Assembly: GCA_045637985.1 (NCBI GenBank)
Contig: JAZUAM010000020.1
Span: 66,379-130,378, forward strand
Direction of reading: 5' to 3'
Source: Alphaproteobacteria bacterium
GTDB lineage: Bacteria > Pseudomonadota > Alphaproteobacteria > RF32 > CAG-239
Length of the DNA stretch: 64,000 bases
Position numbers and translations under genes: made by a program. The notes under the pieces were generated by a model. It was given only the letters and a program-made list of their open reading frames with translations. It had not been told where the DNA came from and ran no database searches. Shown one piece after another: positions 21,366 through 29,634 of the stretch. Numbering within the stretch: position 1 is the stretch's first letter; each line of letters begins with the position of its first letter.

Positions 21366-23624
21366 ATGAAAAAATTGTACTTAGGAACTTTTGCTTTTAG
21401 TCTTTTGGCATCAACAAGCGTTCTTGCTTCTGATGTTTACGTTAAAGATATTCGTGTTAAAGGTCTTCAAAGAGTTGAAGCCGAAACAGTTAAGTCATAT
21501 GTGGAATTCAAAGCAGGACAAACAGTAAGCGAAGAAAAAATGAACTCTTCACTGAAGAATCTTTATGCAACAGGATTATTTGAAGATGTTTCTATTAATA
21601 CAAATGGCGGTTCTGTAATAATTAACGTAAGCGAAAATCCGGTTATTTCTCAGGTTTTGTTCGATGGTAACGACAAAATAGATGATACTATGCTTGAAAG
21701 CGAAATAAGACTTGCCCCACGGTCTACATATTCAAGAGCAAAGGTTCAAGATGATGTTCGTCGTATTTTAGATGTTTACAAACGTAGCGGACGTTATGCA
21801 ACAGTTGTAAATCCGGAAATTATACGTAGAGATCAAAATCGTGTTGATTTGATATTTAACATCGATGAAGGTCCTTTAGCTGTAATTGATAAAATCAACT
21901 TTATCGGTAACGAACACTACTCATCCAATGAACTTCAAGAAGTTTTGATGAGCAAAGAAAGTCGTTGGTATCGTATTTTTTCTTCTTCAGAAAATTATGA
22001 TGCCGAAAAAATTAATTATGATAAAGAGTTGTTAAGACGTTTTTATCTCAAACGCGGTTATGCCGACTTCAGAGTTGTATCTGCCGTTGCAGAGTTAAGT
22101 CCGGACAAAAAATCATTTATGGTAACCTTTGTTGTTGATGAAGGTAAAAAATACAACATTAGCAATGTTGATATTATTTCCGAAATTTCAGATGTAAATG
22201 CAGATGATTATCGTGATTATATTGAAGTCGAAGAAGATGAAACATATAATTCCGATGCAATAGACAAGACTGTAACCCAATTAACTGACGAGCTTGGCAA
22301 AAAAGGATATGCATTCGTAGATGTTACTCCCGAAATAAACAAAGATACGGCTACAGGTGATGCCGGTGTTGTTTTCCGCATCAAAGAAGGCGCTCGTTTC
22401 TTCGTTGACAGAATCAACATAAAGGGCAATACCCGTACTCATGACAAAGTTATTCGTCGTGAATTGCGTATTAATGAGGGCGATGCCTTTAATGCAACAA
22501 AAATAAAAGATTCCAGACGTAATGTCGAAAATCTCGACTATTTTGAAAAGGTTGAAATAAATACCACACCTAAAGACAATAATCGCGCAGACTTAGATAT
22601 TGAAGTAAAAGAAAAATCTACGGGATACTTTAATGTGGGTATCGGTTTTTCAACGGTTAATGGTGCATTAGTAAGAACAGGTATTACCGAAAACAACTTC
22701 CGCGGTCTTGGACAACGTTTAGGGTTTGATGTTGCTGTATCTCAAAAATCACAAGATTTTGATGTCAGTTTTACAGAACCATATTTCTTGAACAGACGTC
22801 TTCGAGCCGGTGTTGATTTATTCCATTCTCGCCAAGATTATCAAGATGAAAGTTCTTATGATAGTCAGGTGACCGGCGGACGTTTGCGTATGGGTTGGAA
22901 CTATACTGATGATTTATCACAACAATTACGTTATACCCTAAAACAAGAAGAAATTACAGATGTTGGAGAATATGCATCTAAATACATTAAATCAGAAAAA
23001 GGAAAATACAATAACTCATCAGTAGGAACAACAATCGCTTATGACAAACGTGATAGCGCCATTCATACTCGAGACGGATATTTCTTATCTCTCGGAACGG
23101 ATGTTGCAGGTCTTGGTGGTGATGAAAAATATTTCAAGTTTGATGGTAAAGCATATTGGTACAAATCATTATATGATTTCTATACATTAAAATTGTTTAC
23201 AAATGCCGGTATGATAGAAGCATACGGCGATGAAACAGTTCGCTTAGCCAACCGCTACTTCTTAGGCGGATATACAATGCGTGGTTTTGAAGCCGGCGGT
23301 ATAGGTGCAAGAGATAAATACACCAATGATGCTTTAGGTGGAAACTGGATGGTTTATTCCGGTGCTGAATTTGGTTTCCCTATAGGTTTGGATGAGCTTG
23401 GTATTTCTGCTCACGTATTCACCGATATCGGAATGATTGGCGAACCGGATAATCTGAATACAAATGACGTATATTATTCAGACAGTCCTCGTGTTTCTGT
23501 CGGTTTTGGTTTCCAATGGATGTCTCCTATGGGACAAATTGATGTTGATTTCGGCTTCCCGATTGTTAAAGAGGACTATGATGAAACAGAAGTATTCCGT
23601 CTAAACTTTGGTACACGTTTATAG
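21366..23624 (+). CDS. bamA: outer membrane protein assembly factor BamA
   Basis: 752 aa with a signal peptide, POTRA-like repeats, a C-terminal beta-barrel region, and the conserved position between rseP and lpxD. Confidence 0.92.
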   Translation: MKKLYLGTFAFSLLASTSVLASDVYVKDIRVKGLQRVEAETVKSYVEFKAGQTVSEEKMNSSLKNLYATGLFEDVSINTNGGSVIINVSENPVISQVLFDGNDKIDDTMLESEIRLAPRSTYSRAKVQDDVRRILDVYKRSGRYATVVNPEIIRRDQNRVDLIFNIDEGPLAVIDKINFIGNEHYSSNELQEVLMSKESRWYRIFSSSENYDAEKINYDKELLRRFYLKRGYADFRVVSAVAELSPDKKSFMVTFVVDEGKKYNISNVDIISEISDVNADDYRDYIEVEEDETYNSDAIDKTVTQLTDELGKKGYAFVDVTPEINKDTATGDAGVVFRIKEGARFFVDRINIKGNTRTHDKVIRRELRINEGDAFNATKIKDSRRNVENLDYFEKVEINTTPKDNNRADLDIEVKEKSTGYFNVGIGFSTVNGALVRTGITENNFRGLGQRLGFDVAVSQKSQDFDVSFTEPYFLNRRLRAGVDLFHSRQDYQDESSYDSQVTGGRLRMGWNYTDDLSQQLRYTLKQEEITDVGEYASKYIKSEKGKYNNSSVGTTIAYDKRDSAIHTRDGYFLSLGTDVAGLGGDEKYFKFDGKAYWYKSLYDFYTLKLFTNAGMIEAYGDETVRLANRYFLGGYTMRGFEAGGIGARDKYTNDALGGNWMVYSGAEFGFPIGLDELGISAHVFTDIGMIGEPDNLNTNDVYYSDSPRVSVGFGFQWMSPMGQIDVDFGFPIVKEDYDETEVFRLNFGTRL

Positions 23625-23636
23625 AGGAGACAATAA

Positions 23637-24650
23637 ATGATAGATAATCGTTTTTACAAAAATAATGGTCCGTTTTCATTAAAACAAATAGCCGAAATTT
23701 GTAATGCCGAATTGGTTGATGACGGCAAATCGAATGTTATGATTAATGATCTTGCCAGCATATACAAAGGTGGTGCAGGAGAAATATCGTTCTTTTTTGA
23801 TAAAAAGAAAAAGGATGCTGCATCATTAATTAAAACTACCGCCTGTATAACATCTAAAGATTTTGTCTCCCTGATACCGGAAGATGTTATTGTTTTGATT
23901 AGTGATAATCCTCACGATAGCTTTGTCAAATTAAACTATGCTATGTATAGTGAGATATTGCCGGATGCAAAAATTTGTGATACGGCGGTTATTTCTAAGA
24001 CAGCCAAAATAGGACAAAATTGCTATATTGGTGACAATGTGGTAATTGGTGACAATGTAGAAATAGGCGACAACTGTCGTTTGGAACCTAATTGTGTTAT
24101 TTATGAAGGATGTATATTAGGTAATAATTGCCGTGTAGGTGCAAATGCCAATATTATGCACGCCATTATAGGTAATAATGTTTATATTTATGGTGGTGCC
24201 AGAATTGGTTGGGATGGATTTGGCTTTAAAACGATTCAAGGACAACACAAACGCATTCCTCAACTTGGTCGTGTTATTATCGGTAACGATGTTGAAATCG
24301 GAGCAAACAGCTGTATAGACAGAGGAGCTTTGGATGACACAATCATAGGTGATGGTTGTCGCATAGATAATATGGTTCAAGTTGCTCACAACGATGTTTT
24401 GGGACGTGGTTGTATTTTGGTAGCTCAAGTTGGTATTGCCGGAAGTTGTACATTCGGTGATTATGTTGTCGCCGGAGGACAAGCTGGCTTTGCTGATCAT
24501 TTAAATATCGGTAGTCAAGCTCAAATCGGCGCACAATCAGGGATTATGCGTGATATTGAACCGGGAACAGCAGTTATGGGAACACCGGCCATAGGTTTTA
24601 GAGATTTTATGAAACAAACGGCTTGTATTCAAAAGTTATGGAAAAAATAG
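23637..24650 (+). CDS. lpxD: UDP-3-O-acylglucosamine N-acyltransferase
   Basis: 337 aa with left-handed beta-helix hexapeptide repeats and the synteny bamA-lpxD-fabZ. Confidence 0.9.
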   Translation: MIDNRFYKNNGPFSLKQIAEICNAELVDDGKSNVMINDLASIYKGGAGEISFFFDKKKKDAASLIKTTACITSKDFVSLIPEDVIVLISDNPHDSFVKLNYAMYSEILPDAKICDTAVISKTAKIGQNCYIGDNVVIGDNVEIGDNCRLEPNCVIYEGCILGNNCRVGANANIMHAIIGNNVYIYGGARIGWDGFGFKTIQGQHKRIPQLGRVIIGNDVEIGANSCIDRGALDDTIIGDGCRIDNMVQVAHNDVLGRGCILVAQVGIAGSCTFGDYVVAGGQAGFADHLNIGSQAQIGAQSGIMRDIEPGTAVMGTPAIGFRDFMKQTACIQKLWKK

Positions 24651-24660
24651 GAGCAAATAA

Positions 24661-25104
24661 ATGGTAAAAACATACAATGAAGAACAAATAAAAGAGATGC
24701 TTCCACATCGTGATCCGTTTTTATTTGTAGAAAAATTGGAAGTTATTGAAGATGGTGTCGAAGGTATCGGCTATAAAAATATAACAATGCAACAAGATTT
24801 CTTTCGCGGACATTTTCCCAACAATCCGATTATGCCGGGAGTAATTCAGATTGAATCAATGGCTCAGGTAGCAGGTTGTGTTGTAATTGAAAATATGCCT
24901 AATTACCAAAATGAAAAAAAGGGTGTATTTTTTATGTCGGTAGATAATGTTAAATTCCGTCATCCTATAGTACCGGATTCATTGCTCAAAATGCACGTCA
25001 AAAAGATTAAAGGACGTGGTAAGGTTTTTGTTTTTGAAGGCAAGACATATGTAAATGATGTGTTGTGTTCCGAGGCCACATTTACCGCAATGATAACCGG
25101 ATAA
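24661..25104 (+). CDS. fabZ: 3-hydroxyacyl-ACP dehydratase FabZ
   Basis: 'LPHRDPFLFV' and 'FRGHFPNNPIMPGV'. Confidence 0.93.
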   Translation: MVKTYNEEQIKEMLPHRDPFLFVEKLEVIEDGVEGIGYKNITMQQDFFRGHFPNNPIMPGVIQIESMAQVAGCVVIENMPNYQNEKKGVFFMSVDNVKFRHPIVPDSLLKMHVKKIKGRGKVFVFEGKTYVNDVLCSEATFTAMITG

Positions 25105-25187
25105 TGTTATAAGATATCCCCAAAAAACATAATATTTTCAAAGGGGGATTGACTAATCCGTCGGGTGAGTGTATAAATATGGTTATA

Positions 25188-25229
25188 GTGAGAAAGTGGG
25201 CGAAAGTTTGCTTTTTCACTATTTTTTTA
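25188..25229 (+). terminator. terminator-like hairpin plus T-run after fabZ (repeat copy 1)
   Basis: gtgagaaag (25188-25196) pairs with ctttttcac (25211-25219) with one G-U pair, then tattttttt. Nt 25203-25228 recur at 26406-26431. Confidence 0.55.
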
Positions 25230-25325
25230 TCTTAAAAAATTTTTTTCAAAACATTTTTTAACCCCATCGTTTGATTTATTAAAACAAATCAAGCGATATT
25301 TAATATTTTTAAAGAAAGGAAAAAT

Positions 25326-25991
25326 ATGAGTATATTCGGACAATATCAAACACCGTTAGGTTATAAAATATCAGAAAACGGAATTGATACTTATGGTGTC
25401 AATCATACAAAATTTTCAATACAAGATGAACTTAATTATCAGTTTGCCCGTGACAAACGAGAAAAACAAATAATCGCAGAGTTAAACAAACAAGGTATTA
25501 CCGATAACTATCCGCAATATGGTACTAACTTTTGGAACCGTCCCTCCGACAACAATTTCGGTTTTGGAGAAGATAATGTTCAAGAAAATATAGAAAAAAG
25601 AAGTAATGTTGTTCAACAACAAAAAACTTTGTATCAAGTCATTGGAGCGACAACCGATATGATTACAGAATATCTTAAAATGAAAAATCACGGATATAAG
25701 TATTTAGATGACTATCATCACTGTAAAGCCAATTATAATGCCGCATCAAGAGGACATTATGGTGAAATTACCGCACAACAATTGGGAGATATTAAGGAAC
25801 AATTTGACTTTTATTGGAATCAATTATACAAGGGAAAGAGTGAACAAGAAGCGATTGATGATAGAACTCACGATTTAGATGTTAATGCAACAGGGCGTTC
25901 AAGGGCTAAATTAAAAATGTACAACAACGCAATGGATGCATGTGCTGATTATCGTTCTAAAAACACCGATTTCCCAAAAAAATACTGGTAA
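25326..25991 (+). CDS. hypothetical protein with serum-amyloid-A-like C-terminal half
   Basis: 221-aa ORF with no signal peptide. 'DMITEYLKMKNHGYKYLDDYHHCKANYNAASRGHYG' and the C-terminal 'FPKKYW' align by eye to my recollection of vertebrate SAA ('[36 protein letters not shown] ... LPEKY'). Confidence 0.6.
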   Translation: MSIFGQYQTPLGYKISENGIDTYGVNHTKFSIQDELNYQFARDKREKQIIAELNKQGITDNYPQYGTNFWNRPSDNNFGFGEDNVQENIEKRSNVVQQQKTLYQVIGATTDMITEYLKMKNHGYKYLDDYHHCKANYNAASRGHYGEITAQQLGDIKEQFDFYWNQLYKGKSEQEAIDDRTHDLDVNATGRSRAKLKMYNNAMDACADYRSKNTDFPKKYW

Positions 25992-26005
25992 GAAAAGGAT
26001 AATAA

Positions 26006-26401
26006 ATGTTTTGTTCAAAAATATCAAAAATATTTAAATACAGTCTAATATCTTGTGGGCTTATCTTTATACTGTGGAAAGCATTCGGTTTTTTAGAACA
26101 GAATGGTTGTTTAGATGATGGTAATGTTTGGGATTATCAAGAGGGACGTTGTAGAAATGATTGTTTAGCCTGGAATAGTATTAATGGTTGTATAAAAATG
26201 AATGCCGAGCAGATTAAAATTTTTGAAGATTGCCGGTATAAACCGACAGGATGTGTTCCGACAAAAGTTTTTAATGAAATATGTCTGAACAATAATCTGC
26301 CGATAAATAAAAAAACGGGAAAATGTGATATTGAATTTACTGTTGATAAATGTAATCAATTAGGAAATGATTGGCTTTATCCTGATATTTGTAAAAAATA
26401 A
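26006..26401 (+). CDS. Cys-rich exported/membrane-anchored small protein
   Basis: 131 aa with an N-terminal hydrophobic segment 'YSLISCGLIFILWKAFGFL', then 10 Cys in ~100 aa. It starts 14 nt after the upstream gene. Confidence 0.55.
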   Translation: MFCSKISKIFKYSLISCGLIFILWKAFGFLEQNGCLDDGNVWDYQEGRCRNDCLAWNSINGCIKMNAEQIKIFEDCRYKPTGCVPTKVFNEICLNNNLPINKKTGKCDIEFTVDKCNQLGNDWLYPDICKK

Positions 26402-26431
26402 TGAAAAAGTTTGCTTTTTTACTATTTTTTT
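26391..26431 (+). terminator. terminator-like hairpin plus T-run (repeat copy 2)
   Basis: gtaaaaaa (26391-26398) pairs with ttttttac (26415-26422), then tattttttt. Nt 26406-26431 are 25/26 identical to 25203-25228. Confidence 0.4.
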
Positions 26432-26626
26432 CTCTCCCTAATTTCTTTCATAAATATCAAACAATCCCCAAAACAATATAGTGTTTTGTGTTGCTAACAA
26501 TCTGAAAAAGCATAATAAATTACGTTTGTAATAATTGTTAAATTTTTGTGTTTTGCCATTAGTGATATAGTTCGTTAAATTACTTTTCAGAAAAGACAAA
26601 GAACTTATATAAGGACTATTAATTTT

Positions 26627-27424
26627 ATGGCTAAAATTCATCCCTCTGCCGTTATTGAAGACGGCGCCCAGATTGCTTCTTCGGCAGAAATAGGCCCCTT
26701 TTGTTGGGTTAGCTCTCAGGCAAAAATCGGTGAAAATGTAAGACTTCTTGCTCGTGTAACTGTTTATGGCGATACCACCATAGGAGATAATACGGTTGTA
26801 TTTCCGGGTGCTTGCTTGGGTACGGGACCACAAGATCACGGTAATGAATTCATTTCGGGAGCAAAGGTTATAATCGGTAAAAACAACGTTATCAGAGAAA
26901 ATGTAACCATTCACGCCGGAACACCAAAAGAACAACAGACTACCATTGTTGGTGATGATTGTATGTTGATGGTTAATTCCCATGTTGCTCATGATTGTGT
27001 TGTCGGCAACCATGTTATTATGACTAATAACGTGGTTATAGGAGGACATGTTCGTGTTGGAGATGGTGCAATTTTAGGTGGTAACTGCGCAGTACATCAG
27101 TTCTGTCGTATCGGACGCAAAGCGATGATTGGCGGGTTAGCCGGTGTCGACAGAGATGTAATTCCTTTTGGTATCGTAACAGGTGAACGTGGCAAGCTTC
27201 GCGGTCTCAATCGTATAGGTATGATGCGCGGTGGTATGGATGAGGCAACAATAAAATCCGTAACACGTGCGTTTATGTACATATTCAAAGGAAAAGAAGA
27301 TAATTTCGAGACACGCCTCGAAAAAGCCAAAACAAAATTTGCCGATAACGAGTTAGTTTTGGAACAAATCAAATTTATTTATGAAGGATTAGCAGGTCGC
27401 CGCAAGGTCATGACTGCTGAATAA
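26627..27424 (+). CDS. lpxA: acyl-ACP--UDP-N-acetylglucosamine O-acyltransferase
   Basis: 265 aa with hexapeptide repeats throughout, start 'MAKIHPSAVIEDGAQI', located before lpxI and lpxB. Confidence 0.9.
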   Translation: MAKIHPSAVIEDGAQIASSAEIGPFCWVSSQAKIGENVRLLARVTVYGDTTIGDNTVVFPGACLGTGPQDHGNEFISGAKVIIGKNNVIRENVTIHAGTPKEQQTTIVGDDCMLMVNSHVAHDCVVGNHVIMTNNVVIGGHVRVGDGAILGGNCAVHQFCRIGRKAMIGGLAGVDRDVIPFGIVTGERGKLRGLNRIGMMRGGMDEATIKSVTRAFMYIFKGKEDNFETRLEKAKTKFADNELVLEQIKFIYEGLAGRRKVMTAE

Positions 27425-27638
27425 CAAAAACGTCAGAATTTGGGTTTTGCCTCAATTCTGACAACATAATTGGTTTAAGAAATTAAATCAATTTTTACAA
27501 AGCTTGATATATGATGTTTTGTATAATGGTAAAAAATGGTCGCCTGTCTGTCTTTCAGACATAAAAAGTCCGCTATTTTAGTTCTGTTATCAAAACTGAG
27601 AAATATCAAGTTTTGTTTTTTTATAGGGATAAATATAG

Positions 27639-28484
27639 ATGAACAATAATTTTCGTAAATTAGGTATTATAGCCGGTGGTGGAAATATTCCACAAAAGTT
27701 GATATCTCAATGTATTCAACAAAACAGAGATTTTGTTGTTTTAGCCATCGAAGGAAACGCCGAAAAAAACTTATTTGATGGTTATAACGTTGAACATAAA
27801 TGGATTAGAATAGGACAAGCCGGTAGCGGTTTTCAATATTTTGCCAAACAAGGTGTCAAAGATGTTGTTATGGTGGGAACAATAAGGCGTCCAAGCTTTT
27901 TTGATTTGGTGCCAGATTTGCGAACTACGGCATTTTTTGCCAAAGTTGGAGCCAAAGCTCTTGGTGATGACGGTTTATTACGAGCAGTAGCTGATGAAAT
28001 AGAAAAAGACGGAATGAAAGTAAAAGGAATACACGAGGTTATGCCGGATATTTTGGTAAAACAAGGAGTATTAACCAAGCGCAAACCATCAAAGCAAGAT
28101 ATTATAGATATCAAACGAGGTGTAGAAGCAGCTTTTGAACTTGGGCGTTTAGATATCGGACAAGCTGTTATAGTTCAACAAGGTTTGGTTCTCGGTGTTG
28201 AAGGTATTGAAGGGACAGATGAATTAATTAGAAGATGTAAAGAATATCGTCGCAAAGGTGGTGGTGGTGTATTGGTAAAGCTTCGTAAACCGCAACAAGA
28301 TATGCGCATAGATCTTCCGACCATTGGACCGCGCTCTGTCGAAAGAGCTCACGAAACAGGACTGGAGGGAATAGTTGTCCACGCCGGCAATGGTTTAATT
28401 GTTGATGAAAAAGAAACCATCGCTTTAGCCGACAAATATAAAATGTTTATTATAGGAGCGAGTATCGATGACTACCTCAAATAA
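27639..28484 (+). CDS. lpxI: UDP-2,3-diacylglucosamine pyrophosphatase LpxI (DUF1009)
   Basis: 'LGIIAGGGNIP' and 'DIGQAVIVQQGLVLGVEGIEGTDELI'. Its position between lpxA and lpxB is the alphaproteobacterial arrangement. Confidence 0.75.
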   Translation: MNNNFRKLGIIAGGGNIPQKLISQCIQQNRDFVVLAIEGNAEKNLFDGYNVEHKWIRIGQAGSGFQYFAKQGVKDVVMVGTIRRPSFFDLVPDLRTTAFFAKVGAKALGDDGLLRAVADEIEKDGMKVKGIHEVMPDILVKQGVLTKRKPSKQDIIDIKRGVEAAFELGRLDIGQAVIVQQGLVLGVEGIEGTDELIRRCKEYRRKGGGGVLVKLRKPQQDMRIDLPTIGPRSVERAHETGLEGIVVHAGNGLIVDEKETIALADKYKMFIIGASIDDYLK

Positions 28485-29634
28485 GTTAAAAGTGTATCTC
28501 ATTGCCGGCGAATCAAGTGGTGATCTATTAGGTTCTCGTTTAATGCGAGCTTTAAGAAAAAAAACAAATAACAATATTGAGTTTTACGGCCTTGGCGGTG
28601 ATACTATGGAACAAGAAGGCTTAAAACCGTTGTTTGACATCTCGGAACTTGCCGTGATGGGGTTGGTAGAGGTCATTCCCAGTATTCCTCGAGTATTACG
28701 CCGCATAAAACAAACCATTCAAGATATTATCAGAAAAAAACCTGATGTTGTTATAACCATAGACAGTTGGAGTTTTTGTAGCAGGATTCATAAAGGATTA
28801 CGTAAACTAAATACAAATATTAAACAAATTCATTATGTTGCACCTCAGGTATGGGCTTGGAAAAAACGCCGCGCCAAAACAATGTATAAATATGTTGATG
28901 AACTTTTGACGTTGCTTCCCAACGAACCGGAATATTTTACAAAACATAATTTAAAAACAATTTTTGTCGGCCATCCGGTAATTGAAAGTGCTGCTCTGAC
29001 AGCCGATGGCAACATATTTCGCAAAAAATATAATATCGACGGCAATAAACAAATCATATCCGTTTTACCCGGTTCTCGTCATAACGAAGTATCAAAATTA
29101 TTACCGGACTTTATTGCTGCAGCTCGTATACTTTACGAACAAAATCCCGATATATTTTTTGCATTACCTACGGTAAAAACTGTTGTTAATCGTGTAAAAC
29201 ATATGATAAAAGGCACTAACTTGCCCATTGCGGTTTTAGAAACAGAAGCGGACAGATATAGCGCTTTTCAAGCTTCTTCTGCAGCCATTGCTGCATCAGG
29301 AACAGTTGCTTTAGAATTAGCAATTTGCAACATTCCGCATATAATAGCTTACAAAGTTTCACCTCTGACGTATCTTATGGCAAAATACTTAGTAAAACTT
29401 CGTTTTGTAAACCTAACTAATATTTTGCTTAAAAGGCTTGTTGTGCCGGAACTTTTGCAAGAAAAATGTACCCCAAAAAACATTGTTTATCATATCAATG
29501 AGTTACTAAAAAACGGAAAAGCTTACGATAATCAGATGCAAGGATTTTCAGAAGCAAAAGATTATTTAAGCAATGGTAGCCAAACCCCAAGTGAAAATGC
29601 CGCCGATGCTATTTTGGATATGTTAAAATGCTAA
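28468..29634 (+). CDS. lpxB: lipid-A-disaccharide synthase
   Basis: 'KVYLIAGESSGDLLGSRLM' and 'SGTVALELA'. Confidence 0.9.
   Translation: MTTSNKLKVYLIAGESSGDLLGSRLMRALRKKTNNNIEFYGLGGDTMEQEGLKPLFDISELAVMGLVEVIPSIPRVLRRIKQTIQDIIRKKPDVVITIDSWSFCSRIHKGLRKLNTNIKQIHYVAPQVWAWKKRRAKTMYKYVDELLTLLPNEPEYFTKHNLKTIFVGHPVIESAALTADGNIFRKKYNIDGNKQIISVLPGSRHNEVSKLLPDFIAAARILYEQNPDIFFALPTVKTVVNRVKHMIKGTNLPIAVLETEADRYSAFQASSAAIAASGTVALELAICNIPHIIAYKVSPLTYLMAKYLVKLRFVNLTNILLKRLVVPELLQEKCTPKNIVYHINELLKNGKAYDNQMQGFSEAKDYLSNGSQTPSENAADAILDMLKC

Noticed and set aside
25105-25187. Possible small RNA or riboswitch between fabZ and the first repeat hairpin
   Set aside because: It has only one weak 6-bp stem (atcccc/ggggat) with a 21-nt loop and no resemblance to any RNA family I can recognise. 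It is probably just the fabZ 3' UTR.
26438-27049. 203-aa minus-strand ORF
   Set aside because: It is entirely antisense to lpxA, whose hexapeptide-repeat periodicity keeps the opposite strand open. It has no motifs and an odd composition, so I treat it as an artefact.
27432-27462. Hairpin after lpxA (gtcagaatt ... aattctgac) as a terminator
   Set aside because: It is a perfect 9-bp stem but has no downstream T-run, and lpxI-lpxB are expected to be co-expressed, so I do not call it a terminator.
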